DNA of 62,879 bases, filler included, from Octopus bimaculoides (taxonomy: Eukaryota): assembly GCF_001194135.2 (NCBI RefSeq). It is 9 parts of 9 records of this genome, joined end to end, with 100 filler letters (N's around TTAATTAATTAA, not from the genome) between each part and the next. Parts side by side here need not be neighbours in the genome. Positions count along the whole stretch, not along the records: positions 32,952 to 40,613 come from NC_069008.1; positions 40,714 to 52,950 come from NC_068983.1; 7 more parts are not named here. One strand, written 5' to 3'. The translations under genes and the position numbers were made by a program. The notes beneath the pieces are model-generated. The model saw nothing but the letters and a program-made list of their open reading frames with translations, ran no database searches and was not told the origin of the DNA. This document shows, in pieces, positions 38,240-51,759 of the stretch; within the stretch, counting starts at the first letter, position 1; every line of letters begins with the position of its first letter.

Positions 38240-38270
38240 CTGTAATGAAATATAAGGAAAACATTTAGCT
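38240..38270 (-). promoter_or_regulatory. 3' splice acceptor (polypyrimidine tract + AG) opening the giant propeller exon at 38239
   Basis: Minus strand reads gctaaatgttttccttatatttcattacag|ATTCACTATGGAAGAC. Confidence 0.65.
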
Positions 38271-40351
38271 TTGTGAAAATATTAAGGTTTCAGGGAGATG
38301 ATGTTTACTTCATTATTTGAAACACACAAACAAAACATTTCTGTATTTCTGTCAGTGCATAAATGTTGTCTAATTAATATTTAAACAACATTTTGTTTGA
38401 ATAAAAATTATAAGAAATAAACAACTTATTACAATCTATTTTGAGATGTATTAATAAGTTTCATTAATTATACGAATTCAAATATTAGCAATAATTATAT
38501 TCACTGGAAATGATTTTGCTTTCAACATCACAAAGTAATAATCACGTGTGGTTTAGATTTATTTAACGATAATTAGTCAAAGAGATTCCCCTGCTCCAAA
38601 AGTATTCAATAATGAGACACTCCACTCTCTAGAGAAAATTAACTTTAATTGGTATACATGCTATATTATGTCCCAACATACAGCAATCATATTTAAACTT
38701 CGTTAACATGGAACGATTAGCAAAACATAGACTTCATGTTTCATAGACATTTGTCAGACACAAGACAGACTGAACATTTTGTTAGTTAGATGGAATGTAA
38801 GTATTACTAATGATTATATGTCCTGGAAATGATGGGACCGTCATGGTTGGCTTGGTTTCCATCATATTTACCTGGATTAAGAGATATCAATAAAGCTGGN
38901 NNNNNNNNNTTGGCTTGGTTTCCATCATATTTACCTGGATTAAGAGATATCAATAAAGCTGGAGATGAAACTGGTTCTTAACCTGACAAATGCTGTAAAT
39001 CTCTCAACATTTCAATATAACCCACACAATTATCATAGACAACATTGATTAAACTTGGAAAGCTTATCAAAAGATGGGCTTTCATATAATCACACTGATA
39101 CACAGCATGTTGAGAGGATCATTATTATTTGTTCCTGATTGAGATAATAAAGATTGGTTAATGAATAAGCTTAATTAACGAAAGGTAGGTTCATCTAAAT
39201 TATCTTTAATATAAGGGGCAATGTTTGAGTAGCAATGAGAAAGATGTGTTTGTATGAAAAAGGGGTTTGGCATGTGAAGTGTGTTAGGAGATATAACTTG
39301 GTGTAGTTTATTATGAAGTATTGGGGGTTTAATGAGGTGGATTAGGAAATATTGGTGGGGGTGATTAATGACATTCTGGTGACTCATCATCATCAGAATG
39401 ATCCTCCACCCCCTCCTTGGTCTATAAAATAATGACTGTTACTTTATTGACCCCAGGAGGAATGGAGAGTAAAAGTGACCTTCTTCAGGATGTCAGCTCT
39501 TTGAATATACATGGACTAAACAAGAACATATTTTTGAAAAAACCGGGTAGGGCTATGTTGTTGTTATTGGTGTTGTTGTTGACAACAAAGTTTATAAAGA
39601 GAAAACCAGATAATTGCAAATATTTCAACTGTAAAATTAAATTGGAATTAATGTTTATTTCACTAGTGCCATTCTATTTGTTTTATTTTGTGGGAAGAAA
39701 AACCTAGAAAAACTATCATAATAATTGTATTAGACTTTAATCTAATTGTATATGTATTCATATGCACATGCATACATATATATGAAAGAATGAATGTGTA
39801 TAATATATATACAAACAAACATGCACATATGTATATTTATACAACCATATGTATGTATGTATGATCATCATTTTACCCCCACTTTCCATGCTGGTATGGG
39901 TTGTATGGTTCGAAGAATATCATCATTGGAGATAATTGCCATGTCCTTGACAAAACTAAAGGTTCCCCTCAATCTCTGGGTTTAACATATACCCTGGGAT
40001 GGGTGAGAGATCTAGGGTAATAGATATATGAAAAGTAGTGGTTGAGTGTTGGGGAGAGACTCAGGTAGGTCCAGTGACATCCCTAGTTTCATTGGAAGAA
40101 TGGTGAAGAGAAGAGATTTACTGCCAATCTTTGTCAGAGCAATAAGAAGAGAGAGTGATTGAGAGATGAAAGATCGAGGTAGGGGTGATAGGGGCATGGC
40201 AGTAGGGACACAGGTCACAGTGACATGGGTGATATAAAGGATGTGTGATATTGGAAGTGAATAATAGGTTATGTATGCTAGAGGGGTGTGATAAATACGA
40301 GAGAGTAGCAAGAAAGTTGAAAGTGTAGACTTTATATACATATATATATAC

Positions 40352-40590
40352 TCTTTTACTCTTTTACTCTTTTACTCTTTTACTTGTTTCAGTCTTTTGA
40401 CTGTGGCCATGCTGGAGCACCGCCTTTAGTCGAGCAAATCGACCCCAGGACTTATTCTTTGGAAGCCTAGTACTTATTCTTTCGGTCTCTTTTGCCGAAC
40501 CGCTAAGTTACGGGGACGTAAACACACCAGCATCGGTTGTCAAGCGATGTTGGGGGGACAAACACAGACATACAAACACATACACACATA
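40352..40590 (-). mobile_element. 3' part of SINE family B with (GAGTAAAA)n tail
   Basis: Reverse complement of the family B tail; ctcttttact is repeated at 40351-40384. Confidence 0.85.
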
Positions 40591-42540
40591 CATATATATA
40601 TATACATATATACNNNNNNNNNNNNNNNNNNNNNNNNNNNNNNNNNNNNNNNNNNNNTTAATTAATTAANNNNNNNNNNNNNNNNNNNNNNNNNNNNNNN
40701 NNNNNNNNNNNNNATATATATATATATATATATACATACATACATATGGCTCAATAATATTGACACAGGAGTGTTGAGTAAATCAAACTATATGTGTATG
40801 TATATATATAAAGTTACCTCTGGAAACTTATTCTTTGACTTTGAGTTATATAATTGATAATAGAAAAATATAGATGGACGTGATTCCACCAATCTTGTTA
40901 CCTTACTCGTAGCAAAATAATCATTAACTAGTTGGGATCACCAGTGAATAGATAATAACGCGTTACATGCAACTCGAAGTAATTATAACTGTTCTCCTCA
41001 CCGAAATATTTCTTGCATCTAGCTCTTGTCCTAGAACTTGATAATAACACTAATTTCTAACACACCCAAATGCTTCAGATGAAAAACAATAATGTTTATT
41101 CCATTCTAGTTGCGCTGTATGTCACTTGTATTTCCATTCGTAACAATACATACCTCATTTTACAAAATTTCCTGAAACACGACACTGCAGTCTCAGTTTA
41201 TAATTTTAATCAACATGAATCTTCTCCTTCATAGATATTATCGTTTACAAAAATGTAAAGAAAGACATTGTTTTTAGGTTAACATATCAACCAGAGAATA
41301 TAAAAGATTCCAGATATAACAGATTTTTGAATGATTTCTTCAACGGCGATATGAATTTTCCCTTTATATTCTTCTACGTGTGATTCTGTATTTAACGAAC
41401 GATCTCCATCTGCATTCGATAAAACCTTTAACAATAATACAACACATATATATGCATAATTATTCCTTCCTAGTTTGACAGTATTTAATATTGCTGAACG
41501 TTTTTACGTGTGTGTGAAGTCCTCATATTTCTATTTTTCATGTATACTTCAGAGAATTGTGTAAGATTCGATTATTTTCACCTAATGCATTTCACAGAAT
41601 CATGAAAAAGATAGAGAGCAAAGGAAAATAACTGTGTTTTGTTGGTAATATTATTTTGTACCTTATGCAGGCTTTAAAGTGAATTTCGAGCAAACAAGTA
41701 TTAAAAAAATAAATAATACAATTTCCCATAATTTGCCAGTAAAGCGTTGTTGAGAGCGCTTTTTTATGTAAATGAAAAAAGGAATAAGCTGAAATGAAAA
41801 TAAATCTTTGGATATATTGCATAACATGTTATTGCACTATAAACAATTAGCTAAATTCAAGAAAAAAAGACAATGAACATGATGACGATTTTGATGTGCG
41901 GATTGGTTTTGGGTTGATCATTTATTTAAAAACATATTTAAATGGATATTAAGCAAAAGTGTAGGGAATAATGCTCAGAGGCGTAATGTGAATTCCTATA
42001 GGAAGATTACACTTGAATCAAATTTTCTGTGGAGTATAATATTTAATGATAAATCTTATACTGCATAATCACCAAATGCATGATACAAGTATTATTCTTT
42101 TTTAAATGAGTATATTTTTTAACTGGATATTCCAGTTTAAAACCGATAATGAATTACATTAATGATGAACATATTAATGAATATAACGGAAACGGAATTA
42201 GAGATCTATGTTGGAGAATTTCTCTACAAGCAGTAGTTAGCTTAATTAAGCAAAACAATACGAGCATTTACATGTTTGTCTAGGACATAGGAATGTGACA
42301 GCTTTATTATACAATAAAATTGGTAAGTATCACATGATGTAATTATTGAAAATGCATTCAAATGGAGAAAAAATTTCAGACGATTTCAAAATAATCGTAA
42401 ACATATTGTAGATGTGAGATAAACAATCTCCTTAAGTTGATATGATTTAATATTCCGAAGCATTAAATGTGGCAAATGTGACATGTAACATTTTCCTACT
42501 TCAAGGAGAGGAAATTATGCTACTAATATTTCAGTTACAT

Positions 42541-42665
42541 TATTTACATTATTTAAATTTGACAGATATTTCTCCTTATCATTTCAGCTGATATACTCTC
42601 CAGCATTCATCAGGTCTCTTGGGGAAATTTCAAACCTGGGTTTTCATTCTTAAGGTATTTTTTTA

Positions 42666-42732
<67 letters not shown>

Positions 42733-42800
42733 CAGGTCACTACCAGGAATTAAATTCGGAATCTTGGAGTTATTAGCCCGCGCTCTTAACCACTACGCCA
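42541..42800 (-). mobile_element. Family E copy with tRNA-like head, (TAA)n, degenerate hammerhead core and tail
   Basis: Minus strand: A-box TGGCGTAGTGG, degenerate B-box GAATTTAATTCC, (TAA)n, then AACCCAGGTTTGAAATTTCCCCAAGAGAC-CTGATGA-A-TGCTG...CAGCT-GAAA and tail GGAGAAATATCTGTCAAAT. Confidence 0.75.
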
Positions 42801-42807
42801 TATGGAA

Positions 42808-42967
42808 ATAGAACCCAGGTTCGAAATTTTCCCAAGGCACTTAATGAAGGCTTGAGGGTATACCAGCCGAAATGTTGAATTAACAACAAACAAGATGAGG
42901 ACAAATATCCGTCAAATGTAAATAGTGTAAATAATGTACATAATTCCTCATCTCTTTAATATAGAAC
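42808..42967 (+). mobile_element. Family E copy (headless, hammerhead core mutated), back-to-back with the minus-strand copy
   Basis: Aligns with 30271-30418, but the core reads TTAATGA...GAAATG instead of CTGATGA...GAAACG. Confidence 0.8.
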
Positions 42968-43019
42968 AGTAATATTTGAGATGTTTCAAATGCTCATATT
43001 TTGAACCTTCTTTAATGCA

Positions 43020-43300
43020 TCTAATGACACTGCATTTGTACCTGAGAGGTTGGCGGTGTGCTACTTTAATAAATGCCTATGCATCTACTTTGATCGGCTG
43101 TGGTGAAGATAACACTTTTTTCTATACTCATCTGAGAGCCACATATAGGAAAATCCCCAATTCTGATACAACCATTCTACTGGTGGATTTCAAAGCCAGG
43201 GTTGATATAGTTTGGTAGACATGGACGTTTTGGTATAGTGAATATGAATAGCAATGGTCTGATCCTTCTGGAGTTTGGCGAGGCAAAGAATGATGACGAC
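43020..43300 (+). mobile_element. RTE-clade LINE AP-endonuclease fragment
   Basis: CATLINAYASTL...FFYTHL...IPNSDTTILLVDFKARV (GDFNARVG motif) and MNSNGLILLEF. Confidence 0.7.
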
Positions 43301-43329
43301 ACTGGGATACCGTAGGCTTAGACTAAATT

Positions 43330-43990
43330 AAGTTGACTAGCTTGGTCCAAAGAACATTCGGGCCAGGGTCTTTAGATAATTTCCAGAGAGGTCTGGTCCG
43401 GCAATGTTTCCGAGCTTCACTACCGGTTCACGTTCAACTCGCAACCTTGTACCTAAGACGCGAGCAGGATAGGGAAACCGTCCTGCACGCGCTTGTGCAA
43501 TACCCGAAAATTTCAGAAATGTGGGTTTACGTAGAACATTTGTTGTCACACCAGGGAAGAGTACAGCTCTCTTCCAAGTCGATCATAAAAAATCGTTCAC
43601 CTTTCCTCTTTTGACATAGAGGATAAGGCATGTTTCCTCAATGTAGCAATGTAGCAGCTATTGCGAAAGAGGTTGTGTTGAAGACACGTGTGAAAGGTAA
43701 TTTGACATGCACTTCCATCTCCAGCCTTGGTCTGATGAGTTTTTTTCTCCTTCTACGTAAAAAAGAATATAAGTTTGAAGAAGGAGTGCCTGTCGCCGGA
43801 TGTATACAAGAAAAAAATGGAAAATAATAGCAACAATGGTAGGAGTGAACGTCTCCAATTAAGAGTGTCCTGAAAGAGGAGGACCGGAACTTGTGGGGTC
43901 GAAAGCAGAATCTTTCCCCAACTTCATTGTTTGTCTTTTTGTACTGTTTCTCATCCGAACATTTAACAAGATTTTTATTCCATTGTTCAT
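43330..43990 (+). mobile_element. Tx1/L1-like LINE 3' fragment (C-terminal zinc-knuckle region)
   Basis: LRREQDRETVLHALVQYPKISEMWVYVEHLLS..GRVQLS fits a decayed CX2CX7-8HX4C knuckle; AIAKEVV follows. Confidence 0.55.
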
Positions 43991-44089
43991 AGTAATGTTT
44001 TCTCAAACCGGTCACACTTTACTGTACTGTTCCCGTTATGTTTATCCCTCTGTGGGCAATGAAGAATTAATTAGCTCCCCGATCGCAGC

Positions 44090-44640
44090 ACGCAGGCCAA
44101 AACTGACACAAAATCCTCAAGAGCAAGCCATTGGACGTCTTCATACTGGTCAACGTTCATGGGGTATTGCTAAATACTTGAACTGCAGTATTTAGAGAAG
44201 TGAGCCGTTGAGGAAATGGTACAATTTCACAAAAAGTGGCCGACCAAGTGTTAAAACGGCACATCCAGATCGCCACTTGCACCGATAGCTCTTGCAGGGG
44301 AGATTCCGCAGGGCAACGGAATCAGCTAGGCAGACTATACGGACTCATGAGAGACCCCGTTTGTACAGAGGTCTTTCAATCTGTCTCGTCGACGTCAGGC
44401 TCGGCGCCCAATTCTCACAGATCGTCATCCTCGGGTACGTCTGCTCCGGGCTCAAAACACGTCAGAACTGGCGATATATAAGCAGAGCAGGACATCAGTC
44501 TTCTGTGACGAAAGTCGATGTTAGATTCCTGTGGCAGATAGCAGAGCTAAGGTTTGGAGAAGAAGGGAAAAAGTCATGCCGATGGCTGTATGGTGGATAT
44601 AGACGCATATGGAAGGATATAGTGCCATAGTATTTGGTGG
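44090..44640 (+). mobile_element. Tc1-family transposase remnant
   Basis: PKLTQNPQEQAIGRLHTGQRSWGIAKYLNCS (paired-like HTH), RFRRATESARQTIRTH, and NWR...ELRFGEEG remnants upstream of the DDE region. Confidence 0.7.
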
Positions 44641-44749
44641 GATAGCACTCAATCAGAAAAAAAAGTACTTGCTTAAAAAACAAGTACTTCATCGTGTGTG
44701 AGGTGAATATTTTTACTAGACACAATGCATGTTTTTGTGTACTACTAAT

Positions 44750-45330
44750 AGATTAATGTTGAGAAATACCTCAAACATATTCACAAGACACAAACAACAT
44801 ATCATAATGAAGTAAAACTTGAATGAGAGAAGAAACACAAAAAGATGAGAAGGACGTATATGAAAGACTTGGAAGATTACAAAAAACTGTAGACAGAAAA
44901 TAGAAAACAAAAACGTAAAATCTAAAATGTAATAAACTAAAAGAGTTCGAATTATAGGGTTTGAAGATATCAAAACATAATTCGATATAGGTAGAATTTT
45001 CAAGTTCTTAAAAGTGTACTTAGACATATTTACAAACGCTGCAGTTAAGTTGTTAGATACTGATCGTAAATATGTAAAGGATATGAGCTCTTTCAGCTAA
45101 ACATAGCCTATAATTATTTGATCCATTAACGTAAGGTGCGGATTTTTCAATTATTCGCCAATTAATCCCATATATTTATAAATGTACGCGAGGAAAATCT
45201 CTCTTAAATTCCCCATGAACCAATATGTTCACAAGTATGTAAACTGTGAATAACTTCCGAAGCTTTACGTCTATTTCTGATTTTGTCCATAATGATATTA
45301 AGAAACTTGCAATAACTGTGGTGTCGATGA
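44750..45330 (-). mobile_element. Penelope-like element 3' remnant (C-terminus of the GIY-YIG endonuclease region plus pyrimidine-rich tail)
   Basis: Minus-strand translation at ~45080-45170, INWRIIEKSAPYVNGSNNYRLCLAEK, matches the PLE pattern I.W.I...A.PY..G...C.LCL.EK. Confidence 0.55.
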
Positions 45331-45865
45331 CGTCGATGATTATGATCATCATCTTAACATTACATGAACATAACAAAGATGGTGATCAATAAAGCGAACG
45401 TAGATAATGGCAGACAAATAGTGTCGGAGCTGATGAAGTGCGAATATTCACCGATTCTAAAATTAGCGAAAATAAATCAATGAGCAAGGAAGAATTGACA
45501 GATATTTTAATCAATACGTTCAAATTCAATTGTTTGTAGAAGGCTATGTAATGATATGCATTATACAAAATGCAAACAGCGGAAACCTATGTATAAGAAG
45601 AATGTAAATAAATACCTCAAAAACATGTTTGAGCATCAATTGGGTGGAATTTCCACATAAGTTTTAATGAGTACTTCGTTCAACAAATGATAACATCTAA
45701 TTAGCAGAAATACTGAAGTAATATTTGAAAATGTGTATTAAATGTAGTATATAAACTTCCGTGGATATTATGCTATTGTATAGATGCAAGAAATAAATGA
45801 ATATTTTAATATCTGCCTTATTGAAAACAGTGGAACAACACTCAGAATTGATAAACAGCTTCTAG

Positions 45866-45909
<44 letters not shown>

Positions 45910-46700
45910 CGCTTCAAACTTGAGTATTTATATAATATACGAAGGTTGCTGGATTAAAAGTAAAAGAAATGAAAAAGTTTAGATAACTCGATATGATGCC
46001 TGCCATGATATTTACAGATGGTAAAGAATAGCTCGAAACAAAACATTGTTTGCGAAATGTTATGATGAGGGGAACAATTAATAATTGAAGATTTATAATA
46101 GGAATCAGATGTGAAGTTAAAATTTATAAATTACGAATAGTATACATACATTATACGTAACAGTCATCAGAGTGTTAGACACCTGTTGGAAATTTGCACA
46201 TATACAAATCTAGAAAGCTTAGAAGTCTGGAATCTACTTTGAACTTCAAAATAATGCTAATGCGCCTACGCACTCACACACACAACGCCCCCCCACACAC
46301 ACACACACGTGCACATCTATAATTACAATAATATACGTATCTTATAATCCTGCTTGTCATTACGTTACTCAGTTCATCGGTAACATTTTCACGTGAGAAA
46401 AAGAAGGAGATAGAAAAAGAGATAGAGAGCGTCCATGACGTGAGTTAGAGGGAACGTAAGTGTAACGTTTTGAAGTGATTAGTTGGCGGGAAAGAAAGAA
46501 GAAAACAAGGTGAGACAAAATGCGGATAAGCCGAAGGGTGCGAGAAAAAGCGGAAGAGAGAAAAAGAGTGTCCATGATGTGTAGTAGGGCGTATGTAATA
46601 TTCATGACTTTGAGTTAGTTGAAGGTAGTGATGTACAGGATAATTAGGAACATAATTTTAGTAGAGGGGTGATGTCCTGATGGTAAGGTTAAAGTAGGGT

Positions 46701-46742
<42 letters not shown>

Positions 46743-47868
46743 GAGAGAGAGTAAAGTGAGTGAGGAGGAGAGAGAGACGATGATGATCGTGGTGGTGGAG
46801 GTAGCGGTGGTACGTGGATTGTGAAAAGTATTTTTTTAAATTTAACTCATTTTATATCACATATCACTTAACACATGCGCATAGATGTCATTCGGGGAAA
46901 TATTCACGCTTCTTTACGTGGCAGATATATGTACTTTGACTAAAGTTTGTATTATATTTACGTGATATTTTTCTTTTCTTTTTGGGAAAATGGTAAAATA
47001 AGAGTGAAGATTTATTTAATGAATGCTGCGTATATAGTCTATAAAATTGTGCATAAGGTATTTAAAGCACATTAAGTAATCATCTTATTCTAATTTCTTT
47101 GACTTTTCGATAAGAAGCATGTGACTGACCGTCCTTCCATACAGACAAAACAAAGCTATGCTCTTAGGTTTTTAGGATACATGTTTCAAAAATAATCCAG
47201 TAGGTTCACCAATAATCCTGTGAAATATTCACAGGGCCCGCTAGTATACGTAATAATCTACAGATGCATACGCCCATGCATGTGCACCAGTATGTTCATG
47301 TAAATATATTCGATGAATGCAAGTGAAGTATCGTTATGAAATAGCGAAAACTGTACGATACTTCAGGTACAAAAAACATTGCAGTACATGATTGTGTCTT
47401 TTTTTTTTGTCGTCATCAGAGTATTATACTTGACACGTGATTATCATTGAAAGTTATGATGCAGCTTTTTTGACTGCGAGAGAAGTTCCTCATAGATATG
47501 TTGTGATAAAAACGCAATAAATATGGGAAGTAAGCAATTATATCCTCAGCAGTTACAACGTAGTAAGTCGGATATATTTAAAACTTTTTCAAGCATATCA
47601 TATTTTAATTTTTTTCATATTTCATATTTTATCATAAGGTAGAGAATTCCCTACACGTTCCTTCTTCACATTAGCATATGCAGTCTCCCACACGTACATG
47701 CTCACCTACAAATTACTATGGGTGCACATGAAAAATATGCTTGTACGCGCTCATATGCGCTTGTGTAATTTTAAATGATAAACTAGCAACCTACCTAGAA
47801 TTAATAGATTTACCATTATCTCCCACCTTACTTTCCTTCTCTCTCTCCCATCATCTCCCCCTCTCTCC

Positions 47869-47927
<59 letters not shown>

Positions 47928-48129
47928 AACACTTTGTAACTTACTACCACTCCAAAAATTTCTTGGTCTCCACTCTTTCTGAAATTATTCCTCCGCTATA
48001 TTTTTCTTTCAGTCTGCTTAGGTATATATACACGACGGCAAAATTTATCGTTACATTTATTTTACAGTAGACACAGTAGATGACGCCAGCCTACATTCAC
48101 AAAACTAGATTTCTCAGTTTGTTGATCTT

Positions 48130-48790
48130 ATTATCAACTCCATGACAAGCACCAATAAGTTGACTGGTATAGCTCATCCAGTTTCATTACCTATTTGTAG
48201 CCGTTGCCACTTGTGAACAGTTGTGAACTTTTCTGTTGTAAATCTCATCCTCAGTTTATGATAGTAACCCACCAGTAAGAGTTGAATATCTTCTGGATTC
48301 GAAAAGAAGTCCATAACTGCTGAATTAGTGCGAGTGGAACAGATCCATATGCATTGGCAAGATCTAGCCGTACAATTTAAAGATTTCTCTTCAGTTGCTT
48401 TGCACAGTTTATAACTTCTCAGAGGGCAAATGCATGATTTATGCATCCAGTGATTCCAGGGATCGCTGCCTTATAGATTGCTTCATTAACATAACCGTTA
48501 TGCTGTACGAATCCTATGATTCGCCTGGCAAGAATTCCATACATGATCTTCGCTTCGATATTTAGCTGTGAAACGGGTCTGAAATGCTATAGTTTTAGCT
48601 TCTTTTGGTAAATAGATACATTCAGCTACACCTCAAGGCTATGCTACGTCTTTCTTCTTCTTTTATATGTCTCTTATAATTGCAAATAATAGTGGACGCA
48701 ATTTCGAGCAATTCTTCTAAACCCGGTACCTAATTCTGTCGTTCCCTGGTGAACGATTGGTCTTGTTTTTCTACTGAACTCATCAATCAC
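48130..48790 (-). mobile_element. R2-superfamily (HERO/NeSL-like) non-LTR RT fragment
   Basis: AECIYLPKE, FRPVSQLNIEAKIMYGILARRI, AAIPGITGCINH, VRLDLANAYGSVP, KWQRLQIG..TG*AIPVNLLVLVMELI. Confidence 0.78.
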
Positions 48791-49014
48791 TTTCCCTCTG
48801 ATGTTATTCAAATCGAATTTACAGAATGTGTAGATAGACATTTCTTGATATATAACACTATGATCATTTGTATGAATTTAATGTACCTCTAAATTAGTAA
48901 TGTAGAACTTCTAGAGATAAATATCACATCTACAGAAATCTTCATCCTAAGGCTTAATGTATTCTATAACAGATGCACGCATCTAACACACAAATATATA
49001 TATGGACATACACA

Positions 49015-49067
<53 letters not shown>

Positions 49068-49349
49068 CTGTGTCTCAGTGTGTGGTGTGTATATGTAACT
49101 GCGTAGTGTTTGCATGTGTGTGTGTGTGAGTGCGTGTCTGTGTAGTGTTCAAATTTACAGAAAACAAAAGACGGAAACAGGTGAAATAACAACAAACAGT
49201 TGTATTAAACATTCGCGAAGAATGGAAATGTATTTTACATTTCGAGTCTTATACTCTTTCTCTGTTTGACGTCAAACTTAGTGAGTTTTATTGAGACTCT
49301 ATTATCCCTCATTTTCTTAAATACTAATTTTATTTTAGAAAGAGCAGAG

Positions 49350-49570
49350 GGTGACAAACTGGCAGAATTGTTAGTACGCTAGGCGAAATACATTAGTGGT
49401 CTTTCCTTTGTCGTTACATTCTGAGTTCAAATCCACCGAGGCCCACGTTACCTTTCACTCTTTCAGGGTCGATAGCGTAAGTACCAGTTCACCATTGTTG
49501 GCAATGTAATCAACTTACTTCCCTCCCGTCCACAACCTGCTGGTCTTGTGCCAAAATTTGAAACTACTAT
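49350..49570 (+). mobile_element. SINE family A copy
   Basis: Head gacaaactggcagaattgttagtacgc, B-box-like GAGTTCAAATCC, tail ccaaaatttgaaactactatta. Confidence 0.8.
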
Positions 49571-50859
49571 TAGAAAGAACTTATTCAAAGTATCAATTCA
49601 TAATTAATGCTTTACCAGTGCTGCTCATTATTTCAATACGCCTCTAAAAGTTTCTGGTTTAAAATGTAGAACAGTATTTTCACAGCGATACAAGTGTTCA
49701 AGAAGAGAAAATAAAGTTTAAAAAAATTATTATACCCTAATTTTTAACAGTCAGTCACAGACTCTACAGAATATGTTTATCCTTAACAATTGACAACTTA
49801 CAATAACGTAAGATACATTTTACACCTAGTATTAAGAAAGATAAAGCTAGGATACTTTCCCAGCACGAGCAAAAAGAAATCTGCTTTAAGCAGTTTCTGC
49901 AAGCCTATATTCTGCCCATTTTATAGCAGTTTTTCTCGTTAACTACATTTGATATAAAAGTCTAACAACAACAAAATGTTTAAAATAAGATTTGCACAAA
50001 ATAAGCATATAAAGCATATACTGCTATGCTATAAAAACGATATATAAGTTAACAATTCAAATGCATGAGGTATCTAAATGGCATTAATCAGGTCTCTGAT
50101 TAAATTGAATTCTCAATTTGATGCTAGGCGCCCTCTGTATTACAGATTCAAGAAAGTGGGATCTCAGTCTCTTACACCAGTAAGCATTGTACTACAGCCG
50201 TTGGAAATGGTGAACAACAGACATGAATTTGTGAATTCTTGAAGAACATTACATCTTTGAGCATTTTGAAGCTACCTGTCGGAAAAATTATATTATTTCC
50301 CATATAAAGATTTGTCATAGCCTAAAAGGAGATCATATAAATACAAAAGTATTGATTTCTGCATTATCACTAAAATGTCATTAACAATTGTCGCCTCTCT
50401 TCATTACGTGTGATACTGAAAACATGAAAAGAGTATGTATTTGCTTATGTGTAGATAGGGACATATTCTATTCTATGCACGAGAATTACCTGGAGATAGG
50501 ATGAGAGCACTGTAATGTTATTTTTAACTACGTATTAAATATTTGTGTATTTTATGTCCACTATATATCAAAACTTTGCGAACATATTTAGTTTTATATT
50601 ACTAATACATTTCATTATTTCGATAAGTTGAATATTCAGCAATGAGGACGTTTTAGAGAAGGAGGAACATATGTACAACGTAATCAAATTTTCATGCGGA
50701 AATCCACATATGGAGGTTTTATTGCACGACCAGCTATTGCGTTGCGTTCTTGAGCAGTCATCCCATGTTGCTCAAAACATTTCATCCAGTATGAGTAATC
50801 CCTCGATGGACCGACACCCCATCCTTAGGGAAAATTCATAAGCCACTGTATCCAGAAAA

Positions 50860-51720
50860 TATGTCTAATAAACGCGCGGCTTGGGAAGCACTATTCGTTA
50901 CTTTTATTAGCGATCCGCTTAAGTCAAATATTAAATTCACCCTCTGGTATGATACCCATGAGGTGGTTGGATGGCTCAAGCTTCTTGAAGTTACTAAAAC
51001 TAGTAAATTCTTGCAACTTAATATAGAGAGCTACTATGCCACTATTAACCCGATCATTGTTATCAAGCCCTGATTTTTAGCATGAAAACTCCGATTTGTC
51101 ATGACATGAAATAGATATTATTCTTGCTGCGCGAGACACTTTAGTACATTTTGATGGTACTATATGGAGTAGGTTACATAGGGAACATTCTTTTTATATA
51201 GCAATGGGCTCACACGATTCTGCTGAGACCAGTGACCTAGTTGGAATATATATCCTTCCATGGATTCAGTCTTCTTTTATTGAAGTAACTGGTGTTCTAT
51301 ACAGGGATGACGCCTTATTTTTCTGTACAGAATTAGAAAAGTGCAATTAGAAAGGCCTAGGAAAAAAATTCTTTAAACTTTTCTAAAATTTAGGACTAAA
51401 TATTACTTTAGGTAAAGATTATCGTCGAGTGAATTTTCTTGACGCTACATTCTGTCTTGATTCTGGATCTTTTGAACCATTTCATAAACCGAATGATCAT
51501 ATTAAGTACATTAACGTAGCATCCAACCATCCATCCCCGATTATACGGGGACTAGTTAAGAATATTTCTACTAGAATTTCTAGATTATCTGCTACCAGTA
51601 AAGTTTTCGAATCTCATGCATCTTATAATGCTCTAGCTAAGGCTGGGTACCGTGATAAAATTCAATATATACAAGATGCAGGCTTAAGCAACACTGGTAA
51701 TTCCTACAACTGCGATGCAC
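50860..51720 (+). mobile_element. Penelope-like element reverse transcriptase fragment (disrupted)
   Basis: FLQLNIESYYATI, AMGSHDSAETSDLVGIYIL, LYRDDAL, and VNFLDATF...KPNDHIKYINVASNHPSPIIRGLVKNISTRISRLS (PLE RT thumb/linker). Confidence 0.82.
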
Positions 51721-51759
51721 ATCGTATGCCACCATAATATTACCATTTGAAAAGTTTCC

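Noticed and set aside
38847-38962. 53-nt direct repeat on both sides of a 10-N gap (similar case at 60120-60185 versus 61465-61538)
   Set aside because: Typical unmerged contig-end overlap; likely an assembly artefact.
42735-42800. tRNA-like sequence (also heads at 3632, 9548, 23007, 56280)
   Set aside because: No complete cloverleaf or acceptor stem; these are SINE heads, not tRNA genes.
44716-45568. String of hydrophobic minus-strand ORFs resembling a GPCR
   Set aside because: No GPCR motifs; part of the region is better explained as a Penelope remnant, and the rest is T-rich compositional bias.
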